From assembly GCA_048128005.1 (NCBI GenBank), contig JBEUKZ010000104.1, positions 1 through 64,000 of the forward strand: a stretch of DNA of 64,000 nucleotides, in the 5' to 3' direction. How positions within the stretch are numbered: position 1 is the stretch's first letter; the number at the start of each line of letters is the position of its first letter. This document shows positions 21,259 through 34,940 of the stretch, piece by piece. Position numbers and translations under genes: made by a program. Source of the stretch: Veleropilina oligotropha. Taxonomy: Eukaryota. The notes under the pieces were generated by a model, which was not told the DNA's origin, ran no database searches, and was given only the letters and a program-made list of their open reading frames with translations.

Positions 21259-22053
21259 AACTAGAAATGTGTCCATGGGACACGAATGCCCCCAGCCTTG
21301 ATCATGAGGGCAGCAAATTGCAGAAGAGCTAAGTTATTTGACCTTGACCTTTGGCATAGGGGCAACATGGGTAGGTGGGTTGCTGAAGGGAACTATGAAT
21401 GATGATAATCAAGTGTATGAAGTATCAAGTCAATCCATGAAGGCAGAAGGAAGTTATAGCTGAATAGAGTTGCTCGCACGCAAATACTGGTCCGAAGAGC
21501 TAATTCATTTGACCTTGACCTAGTCCATAGGGCGACATGGGTGGATCACAGAAGCGAAGGATGAATGATGATATGCAAGTGTATGAAATATTAAGTCAAT
21601 CCATTAAGGCAGATGGAAGTTATAGCAGAATGGAGTTGCTTGCACGTAAATACTGGTCTGAAAAGCTAGTAAGTCATTTGACCTTGAGCATAGGGGCGAC
21701 ATGGATGGGTCGCAGAAGCGAAGTATGAGTGATGATAAGCAAGTGTATGAAGTATCAAGTCAATCCATGAAGGCAGATGGAAGTTATAGCAGAATGGAGC
21801 TATTTGCACATAAATACTGGTCCGAAGAGCTAAGTCATTTGATCTTGACCTTGGCCATAGGGCGACATGGGTGGATCACAGAAGCGAAGTATGAATGATG
21901 ATAAGCAAGTGTGCAAAGTATCAAGTCAATCCATAAAGGCAGATGGAAGTTTTAGCAGAATGGAGTTACTTGCACGTAAATACTGGTTTTCGGGATGGAC
22001 GGACAAGGGTAAATCTAAATGCCCCCCCTAATAAATTGGTGGGGGCATAAAAA
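21259..22053 (-). mobile_element. HINE family A with internal ~165-bp tandem array (about 4 copies)
   Basis: Same termini as 17334-17556; internal repeats start near 21395, 21561, 21725 and 21891. Confidence 0.8.
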
Positions 22054-22353
22054 TGTACACATTACAGTCACATGACGACAATGAAAGTAACCACATTTTA
22101 ACCTTGCTGCATATGCAACAAAAATACCATAATAATATACGAAATAAATGATACATTACAGAGAAATAAATACATAAAATGGCATGTTTCATAAATTTTT
22201 GTGTTTTATTCGGGCGGTGCATTGTGGGTCACTTTTCATGTGGTGGATTGTTTGTTATCCAATAAACAACATTAAAATCAATTGAAAAATGGTATGTGTG
22301 CTCTGCACTAAGCATGCTGTTGTTGACGTATATTAATTTTTGTGGAAACTAAC

Positions 22354-22550
22354 ACATTCCAATCCGCTTTGTATAGATTTCTTTTTCATTTTGTTGCGAT
22401 CCTCCTAGCTTGCGCTGGGCCATCAAGGCGTAGAGCAGCTTGTCAACGATACTGTGCCCGTTTATCTGTCTCAATGCATTGGTAACCCTTGTTTCGCCAA
22501 ATGAAGCACACGAAACCTAAGCCCTTGGATCGACCTCCATCTTTCATCAC
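22354..22550 (-). pseudogene. Frameshifted exon homologous to cytoplasmic poly(A)-binding protein RRM4
   Basis: After cag|: VMKDGGRSKGLGFVCF, then in a shifted frame ALRQINGHSIVDKLLYALMAQRK..., ending at a GTTAGT donor. Compare PABP VMMEGGRSKGFGFVCF...[20 protein letters not shown]. Confidence 0.7.
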
Positions 22551-22723
22551 CTGATCAAGGGACAAAAACGATGTGTTACATGCATGTCTCAAATAATTTT
22601 ACGAATATAATATTACACAATATGAATTATTTATTAATCAAGAAAAATAATAATCACATGAGGTGAAGCACAGTTTAACATCACTTTCCAAGATGGACAA
22701 AACCTCTATCTTCACCACATCAA

Positions 22724-22906
22724 GTGATGATGATGATGAATTTGTGTTTAACGACCACGCAACCAGTATTTCAGTTATAAATCGGGCCAATTGAATCAAT
22801 GAACTTTGAATGATGAAATGAAGTGGTGCTGTGTGCAATAAAAGCAGCTTGAACCCGTGACCTCCCGTTAAAAGACCAGTACCGTATCCACTCAGCCATG
22901 GTCCTC
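22724..22906 (-). mobile_element. tRNA-derived SINE family 1 with (CAT)n tail
   Basis: Reverse complement matches the SINEs at 31029 and 46787. Confidence 0.65.
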
Positions 22907-23085
22907 AATAACTGTAATCCCTACCCATTCATACTAATAGAGAAGTCTGGTGTAGAACAGGTCAATGGATTTATAATATTGAATCTCTAAAGCGTACATT
23001 TCTGATGTGTCATGTTCATATTAACTAAGTTTTTGCAATTGGTTAATGCAGTTAGCAGTCAGTCTGCAGTTAGCATATAAATCTA

Positions 23086-23230
23086 GGCCGCTTCGACAGT
23101 CATGTGGTATCGGTTGTGAACTCCGAAAATCACCGACTTGATTCCGCTAACGCAAGCAGTAGTGGGTTCAAATCTCAGCAGGGACATCACACATTTGTAT
23201 AAGTTATGAATCACAGTTGTCCGTTGGGCT
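23086..23230 (+). mobile_element. tRNA-derived SINE family 2, 5' part
   Basis: AGGCCGCTTCG...CAGTAGTGGGTTCAAATC...GTTATGAATCACAGTTGTCCG matches the reverse complement of the 43225 and 61216 copies. Confidence 0.6.
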
Positions 23231-24381
23231 GCTGTTATATAGGAGTTCAATTTTAACAAGTCATTCATCGTTTTTCATGCTTCATTCGTGATCTCAAGAA
23301 TGGACAATGCATTTTCAAAGAACTGTTTACATAGGCCTTCATTTCCTAATTTTCACCAGACTGTCTTGTTTCACGCCATGTCATGCGTGAGTCTAGCGTG
23401 AATCAATGAATGAACATGTTCATTCTTTATGACATGAACCGGTGTAGCAGGATAAAAGTGACCCCCTACAGAAGTGACCCGGGTCACTTCTGTCCTAGGA
23501 TAAAAGTGACCCCGGGTCAGTTTTATCCTAGGACGGAAGTGACCCGGGTCACTTTTGTCCTAGGATAGAAGTGACCCAGTCAGGGTAAAAATGACCCCCT
23601 GTGAAGTACACTTTAGATATATTAATTGAGTAATTTTATGGGACGAATTTAATATGTGATTCATTAAATACATAAAATATAATTATTTAAACCTCAAACA
23701 GTCACATCAAGTCCGTGCATTACAATATCTATGTTCTTCTAATTAGTCAAATTAATAATTATTAAAATATGTTTACTAAGGTGAATTTATATAGATAATT
23801 AATGTATGAAAGCCATAGTGAAAACTGTGAAAACTGCTTTGCAGGCAGCTAACTCATCAACGTGGACCAGTTGTTATAAACATATATATTACCATTTTTC
23901 AATTTTATAAGGCTGAAATCTTATCTTATCGTCTCTTCTGAAAGACGAGAGTAATAGATAGGTTTCAGTTGTCTTTGTGAACTATACAGCTTGAATGTTT
24001 TAAAGGAAACAGGAACACTAAAATTATTTGTTGTCAACTAGGCAGATTGTACCTCTTAATAGAATCATGAAAAACGATTTCGTATGTTTACTTGTCCTCA
24101 CAATTAAATATCTGCAGCATGTTTTAATTGCACAGTTGAATGCAATGGTTGGATGGATGCTTATAGTATCCTGTATATTTACAACCATCAGGTTCAAAGC
24201 AGGACGTGTCCATATTTTCACAAGTTATACATCAAAATGTAAATTTATATATATTTAAACATAACATTGAAAGGAAATAATACAACTATCATAATAATTT
24301 TATTTGAACTTAGCATCAACAAGAAACAAATTTACTCTCACATGTAGTAATTGTCCACAGATCAAACTGAATATACACAGT

Positions 24382-27167
24382 TTACAAAATATCTTCTACA
24401 TCAAGCACCGCATTAAAATGATCAAAGTTATTCACAATATACAAAGCACTGTCAGTTTCGGTGTCGAGTTTGAATCCTGCTGGGAATTTCTGCCATTTGT
24501 GTCCTATGACATCTGATATTCGAGTGTACACATAAATGTCACAATTCAGCCATGAAGCGGTTCCAATATTCTCAGCATCTGTGGCCCAAGTGCCATTGTT
24601 GATCATTCCTGAAGCATTGAAATAATCCTTCACATTCTCATTTAAATCTTTCATGTTTGCACTACACTTTGTTTGCATGTGATGCACCACCTTTGATCTG
24701 ACACTTTGACTTTCATCTTCTGAACCAGTTAAACTGAACGATATGCAGCGAAAAAAACAGTTTCCATCACCACGCACCCTGTGTTGGCGTTTTGGTGCGC
24801 CCAACTTCTTTGATTTGCCAAATGACACATGCTTTGAATGATGTAATTTTAGCCGCTTGCATAGGTTCAGTCTGGCTGTCATTGACGTAGGTCGAAATGA
24901 AAAAGTTCCTGAACTGGCAGTGGGACACCGTCTCTTTGATGGTCTCTCCAATGGTGTACCACTGTCACATTTTCGTGATTGTTTTCGAGATGTGGTATCT
25001 TTTTTTTTCTGATCGTGTGGCAGTTCTGAATCATTCGCGTGTGGTTGATCACTCTGAGATTTAACATCTGCAGTGTACTGTTTCAATCCAGACGCATGGT
25101 ACACATTTTTCAACAACTTTCCAGATTGCACATTCCTGAGTCTAACTCGACCTTTTCCCAGCTGACTTGTCACTTCATATGGGCCGATGAACAATGGTTC
25201 CATTTTCGATCCTTTACGGTTAATTCTCTTTGAATTGCGTATTAATACATAACTTCCAAATGCAAAAGAGTCGTGCGCTTTGTGTTGAATATCATAATTT
25301 TTCTTTTGCCTCTGCTGTGCATTGCTAATATTTTTGGTAACAACATCATTTTTAGCATCGTGCAATTCTGTGATGTTCTCGTTCATCGCTGTCGTGACCT
25401 CCTCCATGTTGGGCTGCTGACTGTCGTTGTTATCAACGGAGCCAAGCACTGGCAACTTGGCAGTTCGACCATACATGACCTCGAATGGTGTACACTTTGT
25501 GGAGGCATGTTCACTTGTTCGATACGCATACAAAACACCTGGGAGATAAATGTCCCAATCCTTTTCATTTTCACTAACTGCCTTTTGCAATGATGCTTTA
25601 AGTGTCCGATTGTCCCTTTCGTGCTGGCCATTACTCTGTGGATGATATGGTGATGTTATGCGGTGTTCAACATCAAATTTCTCTGTGACACCGTCAATTA
25701 ATTTGTTGATGAATTCTCGACCCTGATCACTAATTAAACAATCCATAATGCCAAGGCGACAAACAATTTCGTACAGGAATTTAACCACCTCTTCACTAGA
25801 TTTGTTTGGAATGGCTTTTGCTTCAGGCCATTTCGAAAAGTGATCAGTTGCAGCAACAATGTACTGATTTCCGCTTGTCGTTTTTGGTAATGGCCCAATG
25901 ATGTCAATACCAACAAGGCTCCAAACCTTTGGTGGCACTGGAATTGAGTTAAGTGGTGGGGCTTCCGAACTGGTTTTGGGATTAAACCGACAGCAAACAT
26001 CGCATTTTTTGCAGTAGTTGGAAATATCTTCGGTCATACCTAGAAGATAACAAAATGACAATAAACTTAATACATAATTATAGTATATTCTTTCGAACAT
26101 AATTATGATAATAAACACACCATTCTCTATATTCTCTATATTATTCAAAATTGGGAATAAACAAACAGTCAAACATGTTCAAATGTAAAGATGCCTTGCT
26201 TGCAACAAAAAATGTTTGCCGCTGGAGTCTTTGTCTCGTGTCTTTATTATTGAACACATATATTTCATTAAAGAGTTCGAACGGGATGTACAAAATGGTT
26301 AAGTGCATCGAGTGACCTTGAAAGTTCACCATAATTAACTGGACTCTGTGATAACTCTCCAAGGCATCTATTTATCCACCAATTAATGAAGAAATCTGTT
26401 CATTCTGCCTTTAGACATCACACTGGCAAGAATACTATAATAGCTATATTGATGTTGCATTTTAAGCCATGAAAAATGTTCTATGGAAGACATAAGAGTA
26501 TGAAACAAGTACAAAATCCCAGAAATATGTCATATTCATGCTATTGTTTGAAAAATTGTTTGTATAACCACCATTGAAAGGCATATACTGGTCTATAATT
26601 GTTATATTGAACCACATATGGGCGGTTTTTCATCACTGTAGTTTGTTGTGTTTTTGCTTTCAAAAATAACTTATTTGGCATATCAATATAAAAGCCTTAT
26701 AAATAGCCAACATATATCACCTTATATATCGATTATACAGTATAATCATATCATATGGAAATTATAATATTTCAGACAATCTGAAAGTGTCTGAATCTAC
26801 AATGTTATCTGTCATGAGCTTGAATCTTGATGAAGCAGCAAAATGTTACATATGTATACTAACCTTTCCAGAAGTATTCAGCAGTTATCTTCTTGTGTGT
26901 TTTATCACGCCCGAAGTGTCCTCCAACAGTAGGATTACTATGCGCGGCTTTCATTACTGTGTCGATTGCAGACTTTCTTAGTGTTACTTTTGAACAATGG
27001 TGTAAAATACCATTCTCAATAGAATAGTTGTTTGCCATCATTCTAAACTTATGTTTTTGCTTCTTACGGTCTTTGAGGTTGACATTGGCATATATTCGAT
27101 CAGGATACTTCTCACCAGTTCCACTGAGCAAAAAGTTAGATATATCACTATAGAGAGAGTCTTCCAT
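24382..27167 (-). CDS. Ginger1 transposase with C-terminal OTU domain; exons 27167-26864 and 26039-24382 (653 aa)
   Basis: GT-AG intron 26863-26040 joins HSNPTVGGH..YFWK/G/MTEDISNYCKKCDVC (HHCC). DDE motifs VGIDIIGP, ISDQGREF, GQHERDN; GPY/F motif FIGPYEV; OTU GDGNCFFR...DHFNAV. Confidence 0.9.
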
Positions 27168-27925
27168 GTTGAGAAATTTCTGAACTAATAATCTTCAAGT
27201 CAGAAAGTTTCAGTATTTATATCTTTCAATGATGAAAAACACACACCATTGGAGTTAAGATGTTGACCTTTGATTCATTGAATAGATCAAGATTATGGTA
27301 ATTAATTGTAATGTGTGAAGGATTAATTTTGATTTCAATGAACTGCACACAAGCCAATATACAACACATTATAAACAACCATTATTACTTGTCAGTTGTC
27401 TTCAAAGTTTGCTAATCACAGTATTGATATGTTTCAGTGAATCAAATTACACCATCAATGCTATAGCCCTTTGATTCATTGATTTGATTGATCTTGCCTA
27501 TCCTTTTGATTAAGCTAACTTGTGAAGGATTAATTTTGTTTACAATGAACTGTACAGAAGGTAATAAACACACTAAAATAAATGACTATTATATCTTTTT
27601 ATACTTTAACTGCAAGGTTGATGAATGGCCATTTAAGTATTATGCTAACTTCCGCTTCAAAGAGAAATTTGTTACAATCGAAACATCACAACTGTTTTCT
27701 TTCCTTTGCAGTTATTATTTATACATTTACGAACAACAGATATAAAATCAAATTACACTTCACTACACAGTAACACTATATCCATACTACAAAAAAATAT
27801 TTACAATTAATATATATATATAAAAAATAAACAACAATGTTATTACAAGAATAATACATAGAGATAGGCTAAAGTATGTAATATATTTAAATAACATTCA
27901 TGATGTCATTTCTTTAGTAAAGTAG

Positions 27926-28057
27926 TTCGCTGACGACATAAAATTGTATAGAATAATCTAAACCGAAGAAGATGCAAAAAAACTTCAAAGTGACTTAAAT
28001 AATGTGGTAAAGTGGTCTGAGGATTGGCAAATGATTTTCAACACCAGTAAATTGAAA
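27926..28057 (+). pseudogene. CR1-type LINE reverse-transcriptase fragment inside the Ginger element
   Basis: FADDIKLYRII*TEEDAKKLQSDLNNVVKWSEDWQMIFNTSK. Confidence 0.75.
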
Positions 28058-29899
28058 TTTCTGTATTAAAATGTTTACAAATTAATATATAAACCATGTA
28101 TATACATACCATACTTACTAATTTACATGCCTGTTATTTGTGACATAGTACATATTTAGCAATACCATAGAGGAGACAGCTTTAAATAAGTTATCTTTCT
28201 TGTTGCTGGATCCTCTCATGCAATTATGTACATAATATATTTACTGCATACTTATGCCTATAAATATTGTTTAAACTAACACCAGTAAATGTATTACAAA
28301 GTAATGCATGTGAGTTATAACAACAATAGCTATAATTATGAAATGAGTTCTGACAGAAACTTTAGAAGTATTGGCAAAAGAAAAGGATTTGGGTGTATGG
28401 GTAGACAAGACATTAAAACCATCAAATCAATGTGCAGAATCACCCAAAAAGGGAAACAAATAATCAAATAAACAATTGTTAATTTGACTAATTAGAAGAA
28501 TATAGATATTGTAATGCACGGACTTGATGTGACTGTTTGAGGTTTAAATAATTATATTTTATGAATTTAGTGAATCACATATTAAATTCGTCCCATAAAA
28601 TTACTCAATTAATATATCTAAAGTGTACTTCACAGGGGGTCATTTTTACCCTGACTGGGTCACTTCTATCCTAGGACAAAAGTGACCCGGTTCACTTCCG
28701 TCCTAGGATAAAACTGACCCGGGGTCACTTTTATCCTAGGACAGAAGTGACCCGGGTCACTTCTGTAGGGGATCACTTTTATCCTGCTACACCGGCAAGA
28801 AATACTTATAAATTTGTGTAGTAAAAAACTTGTAAATATGCCATTCCATGGCACATTTCTCGGTGTATTCCAACCATTTTAGTTTTTCGGTGAGTTACCG
28901 AAAAGGGTTTCGATTGAAATGAACGAATAAAGTCACTTCAAAATATTTATACAGTATTTTTATTTTTACAGATATGTAGTACACGCTTTTCTTTCCCAGA
29001 AATCGGTTTCCGCCATTTGCACCCAAATTGGTTCAAGATGATACAGTACTAACATTAGTCCAGTCAAATTAAGTGAAAAAAATGCTCAACATCAAACTAA
29101 TTGCAACATTTTTTAATTTCACGTTTTTATACAGAGCTATATACCTTGTCGATAACATACTAAAACTATTAAGGCCAAGTCGCAGGGGAACATTGCTAAA
29201 ATTGCTCATTTCTGACAATGTATGTTAGCCTTTAAACATATTTTGAGAAAACAATCAATCTGATGTCATTTGAACTCTTGTTGATATATTTATACCACAA
29301 AACAATTATATAATTACTAATGGATTCAGGGGGCAGGATAGCGATAGCCCATGGAATTTACCTTTAACCCTAAACTGCCCATAGTACAAGATTAAAGCAT
29401 ATTTAATACACAAGTATTACATGAAGTTCTTTCCGTCATTATCGATTCATTAGTTCTTCATATTCGATAATTATAATAATGTTGATTGTATTTGTTTCAC
29501 AAATTTCTCTTTCGGTATATTTTCTCTGTAAATGCCACTTTTAATCTACATGTGTCACTTTTGTCGATTTAAGTATCTTTGTGCAATTGTTATCCTTAGC
29601 ATTCTATTTTTAAATCATTGTATTTTATTTAATTCCTTAATACACATCATCTGGCGTGCATCTCTATATTTCTTCATTCACATTTAGTTCGATGCCACCC
29701 AGACTCATGGTATTAGAACATATAACGGCTCTGCAGGTTCAAGTCTTCACGAAGCACACCCCCATACAGAAACATTAGAATTTCCTCTCCAGCCGTAACT
29801 GCAGCAAGATCCTTTCAGTATTGATTAGGATAATCTTTAAAGATTATTGACAGAATCAATGACACAAAGTTTTATCCGATTATGTAGTTTGAATCTAGA

Positions 29900-30651
29900 G
29901 AATGGAGAAACTGTTTCTGATAACACCAAACACATGGCTGACTTCATTACCCAATGACAGCTCGCTATATACAAAGACTCCAATATTATCAGAGTCAGAG
30001 AGAGCAATAATTGAAGATCCAGCAGTGAAGGATGTGACTTCAGATCACTATCTTCTTGCTGTTCAACAATGTTGGACCCGAAGAGTATGGCTTCTGTTTT
30101 CTGATCGTTCAGCTTGAGCTTATTGGTTGCCATCCAGGCTTTAACTTCACCACATGACCCATATCACATCCACATACTGGAAGTAGCTACGTCAGCAGAA
30201 GTGATGGATTGTTTAAGGAATCAAAGAGTTGCGAGTTGTCAGCATAAAATTGGCATTGAAGATTTACTTTGCAACGAGGTTACAGAGGGAGGTACTTGGT
30301 GTCGGGAGTGAATAGAACGAGTCTTAGAACAGAGCCTTGCAGGACTCCGTAATCTAAGCTGAAAGATGGTGTTAATGATTCATTAACTACAACCGACAGA
30401 GACCAGTTGCTCAGATATGAATGAGACCATGTCCAAGCTAGTCCCCTGATTCCGAACTGATCGTTAAGGCATAGAAACAAGTTGACTTGATCGATGGTAT
30501 GAAATGCTGCGCCCAGGTTGAGCATCACAAGCAAGGACACTTCGCCGTTTTCGATACTACAGCGAATGGCGTTGACGACTTGTAGAAGAGCAGTTTCATT
30601 GCTGGCGCTCTGCCGATACGCTGGAAGGGATGTTCTGAAAGGCGCTGACAA
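29900..30651 (-). pseudogene. L2/CR1-group LINE reverse-transcriptase remnant
   Basis: ETALLQVVN..LVMLNLGAAFHTID..SYLSN..GVLQGSVL; YADNSQL; MATNKLKLNDQKTEAILFGS. Confidence 0.85.
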
Positions 30652-30759
30652 ACTACGTTTTCGACTATCTTTGCATCACCTGTAGCGTGAAATTATGAAC
30701 AGTCGTCGCTGAGCTTTTGGCAAAGCAGATTGAAAATGTTTTGTTTGTTCTTTATGTTT

Positions 30760-32080
30760 CAATGTGGAGCGATCCCGTTCGTTTGTCGAATGTGCGTTAC
30801 ATCCTTTATTGAAGGTCCTTGAGGGTAGCCATAAAACAATGATGTCATCTCGATATTTAACACGTATTGGGGACCTGAATCTTTCCTTTCAACTTGCCCG
30901 CATTCACCCATTATACCCCAAATGGGGTCTGAAATTACTGGTTTACTTGCCTCTCTTGGAAGACTAGGTGCCTCAAAAAGTGATGATGGAGAAGTGCAGA
31001 ATTCATATTTGAAGGTTGGGGGGGGGGGGGGGGCAGCATGGCCGAGCGGATACGGTACTGGTCTACTAAATGGGAGGTCACCAGTCCAAGCCCTGGGAGT
31101 GCCGGGGATTTTTCCTATGATCACTGCCTTCATTGCACACAGCACCAATTCATCTCATTCAAAGACGAATGACCTGATTTATAACTGAAGTGCTGTCGGG
31201 GTTGTCGTTAAACATCAATTCATCATTATCATCTTATTTGAACATTTCAGATGTGTCATCAAATTTACCATTGGCAGCAGTAGTTAGACGTTGGAAGAGT
31301 GGTTTTGGATCAATATGAATTGTTTCTCTATCAACTTTAGCACCATGTTTTGAGCTCATTGTGATGATCTGATTTGATTTATTAAAATTGTACTACAGTA
31401 GAACATGACTGTTTTTCGGCCATGGATTCAATGATATGTGCGCCAACATAGTGAGCTGTATCAGCATTCACACAATGATATCTGATTCAATGTTTCGTAG
31501 ATAAGGGCCTTCGACAAATGGGTTTCTTCCACAAATAAATGATAAAAATGTGGTAATGTCCTTTTTGTCACGTTCATTCCTGGTACTTGAAGACTCACTG
31601 TGTTGTTCGATAGAATGATATCTGGTAGCTGTTAATTCTTGGAGAATGCCGACACTAAGAGGGGCTATTGAGATCATTACTTTTCATTCCTCGATCGCTC
31701 GTCAAGCCGCCTGACGTTTTTATTCCTCTTATAAGAGTAGAACTTCTTAAGCACTTTATTACATGAAAGCCATGCCCAGTAGTGATCGCTTCTTCTTTGA
31801 AAATGATGACCAGTTTTGAACCTGGCATATGCATCTGGGTGTCCGGTGATCTTTTTTCCAGATCACGCATTTTGATAGGTAAACGTTTTCTGATTTTTCA
31901 TATAAATTAGGCCAGCGGAAGCTAAATATATGGCAACAATGCATACAATAAATGTTTTGTAACTGCAGAGCCCAGTTACATGTCCTTTCTGCTTTTATGA
32001 AACGACATAGAATGGATATTATTTCAGAATACTGTATCAAAAGTTTTGCAGTGCGAGAGTGTTCAACAGTGTTCAAACTC
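30760..32080 (-). pseudogene. Decayed ORF of an unclassified, probably DNA-transposon-derived invertebrate family
   Basis: Fragments SRTAKLLIQYSEIISILCRFIKAERTCNWALQLQ, TRNERDKKDITTFLSFICGRNPF and FKYEFCTSPSSLFE..KPVISDPIW. Superfamily not assigned. Confidence 0.5.
31029..31231 (+). mobile_element. tRNA-derived SINE family 1
   Basis: GGGGCAGCATGGCCGAGCGG A-box head and ...GTTAAACATCAATTCATCATTATCATC tail; interrupts the decayed ORF. Confidence 0.7.
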
Positions 32081-34539
32081 TTTTTCCCAGCATCTGTTGA
32101 TCAAATGTTTTATGAACATTATTTTGTCGTATAGATTCCACTATAATTTCCGACTATATCAGTTGATTGTAATATTCATGTACATGTGCTCAATTTAATC
32201 TTATTGTTTAAATTCTATAGAGCCTTAATTGCTGATTAGTATACTTTGCACAAAAAGCTTTATTTCATACACTAGGGGACAGTAGCGTCTTCAAATTCAT
32301 GTATCTATTAACGGAAACTATTTATAAAACTGAGAAACCTATTTATGTTGGATATTACGACCCAATATCAACAAAAGTCGTCACTTGTTTAAAATATACA
32401 ATGGCCTCTATGGGCCTCCATACATAGAAACCGCTCGCAATCAAATGTTCTTTTTCAACACTATTTCTCTTTAATGTCGCTTCTACTTCATATTTTAATT
32501 TGCTAGCCCTTTAAATATGTTCTCTTGTGAAGCAAATATATATATAAATATAAAGAGTATCGAAATGTTAGCAGATAAAAGTAAATTGTAAACATAACGT
32601 GCAGCGTAGCAGCCGAAAAAATAAATGCATCGTGAGTCAATGTTTCCTGGTACAATATACACATACATGTGTGCATCGCTAATCTAACACGTTTTTATGT
32701 TAAAAAAAGTCTATTCAAATATAAACGTATCGATACGTGATATAAATATTTTATAGTGCATGGAAATATGACTTTTAGCTAATCATCCACTGCATGAATT
32801 ACCTCCCTTTTCATGTATGGAAGTCGGCCACAAAATTGCTTTTGATGTAAATAATTGAAACTTTGATCGACAAATTACACCGACATTTCTTAATAGTTTT
32901 TATATGTTGTTTATGTAGCAGGCATGTGATGTAATATTTTCTATGGTAACCTACCGTAGGTCTCGCAAAATTCCTCATGGTAACCTACCAGTGGGTTACG
33001 CAAATTAAAAGTAGGTAACCCATGGGTTACCTATGGTAACCTACCAATAACAAATTAAAAAATTTCATTCATATTTGTCTTTGCATTCATTAGCTGTTGT
33101 TCAGTAATGAATAATACATATTAAAATACATATTTTTCATTTAAAAAAAAAACAATTATTATATTTATGAATGTTGGAAAAAACTCATTTTTTAAATAAA
33201 TTTATACTAAAAATATGAATTTTATTTTGTTACATTAATTATCACTAATTAGTTTACAGCAAATCTTTGTCAAATTTTTAAAATATGAATAATTTCCTTT
33301 TTTACTTGTCTGATAGTAGTTAAGTGTAGAACTCAGTTTTTCCGTTACATACTAACGATGATACATTATCATAAGAACTGAAAGGAACTCAGTTTTCATA
33401 CCATACAAATTGGGTGCTCCCATGAAAAGAGGAAAATAATAAATGAATAAAATTAATGGCGGTTGAAGCACACGAGGTGTCGATGACATGTTAGAGATTT
33501 CGCAGACGCATTTGCTCTAGTGAAGTTACTGAACTGGACTAAAGGTACAAACTTTTCATTAATAAAGTGACATTGTTGACAGAGAAATATGAATAATAGT
33601 TAAAATGAAAGTTATACAGTCATCTGAAATGTGTCTTGTGCATTTTTTAGGCGAACGAACTATGTTTATTATGGTAACCTACTACAGGTCGCCTAAAATC
33701 AGTTTTGCGTAACCTCCCCGCGAACGCGTTCAGCCGTTCGCCATAACATCGCACGCTTGTGTAGTTATTATAAACTGTTTCGCACAAACATTGTTTCTGT
33801 TGCAATTAGTTTGATGTTAATTTGCAAATTGACTGGACTACATGTTCAATTCGACAAAACTGTGATTCGACATTCACTTGTAATCCCTTCATCAGGCTGA
33901 TCAAGTATAGAACTGTAGGTTCTGTGGAGTTCATGTCTATAGTGGGTAAATGAACGAGGTTAAAGTGAACACTATCTAAACCACCAATTGATGACTCGCG
34001 CCACAGTGATATGATCGGTGAAGAGTGAACTAGAAAAACATTGTGGAATGCCCGCGTGGTGGCTTAATAAAGAACGAAGATCGTTCTATAGATTAGGGAC
34101 ATGACCACAATATATACACATACCTGTGCATACCTTGCAACTTGAACCTGATGGTCACGAATTGACCACTGCTCACGCCCAGGTCAGCCATGTTTCGAAC
34201 GTTTTGTGTTGTTCCCTCGACCTTTTTATATTGGAGTACCAAAATCTCGCACCATCGAGATATGCAAAACAACGTAATTATGGGACAACGGCCGATTTTA
34301 ACTTCAAATTATCCAAGTACAATAATATTAATAACGCGACAAATTGATATAAATGCATTACTATCGTCTATGCATATATTTTGTCAAAAGAATGGCGTGA
34401 AGTTTTGAACAAGGCAGTGACGTCAGAGAATGTGCGTAGCAACAATGTGACGTCGCGGAATGGGTGGTTTTGAACAAATGACGTCAGAGAATGTGCGTAG
34501 CAACAATGTGTGACGTCGCGAAATGGGTGTCGGCCTACA

Positions 34540-34940
34540 CCAATCTCCACGCATGTGCCGATTGTGCTGAACTACATTGTATGGACAGACACCAATCTCC
34601 AGCAGAGTTACTTCCCTTCCCCTGTTGTGTCCGTCCAATCTCCATCAGAGTTACTTCCCTTCCCCTGTCGTGTCCGTCCATACAATGTAGCGGAGCACAA
34701 TCGGCGCATGTGTGGAGATTGGACAGACACGACAGGGGAAGGGAAGTAAATCTGCTGGAGATTGGATGGACACGACAGGGGAAGGGAGGTAAATCTGCTG
34801 GTGATTGGATGGACACGACAGGGGAAGGGAGGTAAATCTGCTGGAGATTGGATGGACACGACAGGGGAAGGGAGGTAAATCTGCTGGAGATTGGATGGAC
34901 ACGACAGGGGAAGGGAGGTAAATCTGCTGGAGATTGGGCG
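34540..34940. repeat. 43-bp minisatellite with an orientation switch
   Basis: Five copies of GATTGGATGGACACGACAGGGGAAGGGAGGTAAATCTGCTGGA (34717-34931) and two inverted copies (~34592-34680). Confidence 0.85.

Larger units (their letters stand above)
23443..28791 (-). mobile_element. Ginger1-type DNA transposon, full length (5349 bp)
   Basis: TGT...ACA termini, 318-bp near-perfect TIRs (23443-23760 and 28474-28791), 4-bp CCGG TSD (23439-42 and 28792-95), Gypsy-like integrase. Confidence 0.93.

Noticed and set aside
26040..26172. N-terminal 44 aa of the 596-aa ORF in the track
   Set aside because: Intron read-through; splicing to the 27167-26864 exon restores the HHCC motif.
34124..34250. Ubiquitin-like-looking peptide MADLGVSSGQFVTIRFKLQG before a GTATGT donor
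   Set aside because: Too short and too weak to support a call.
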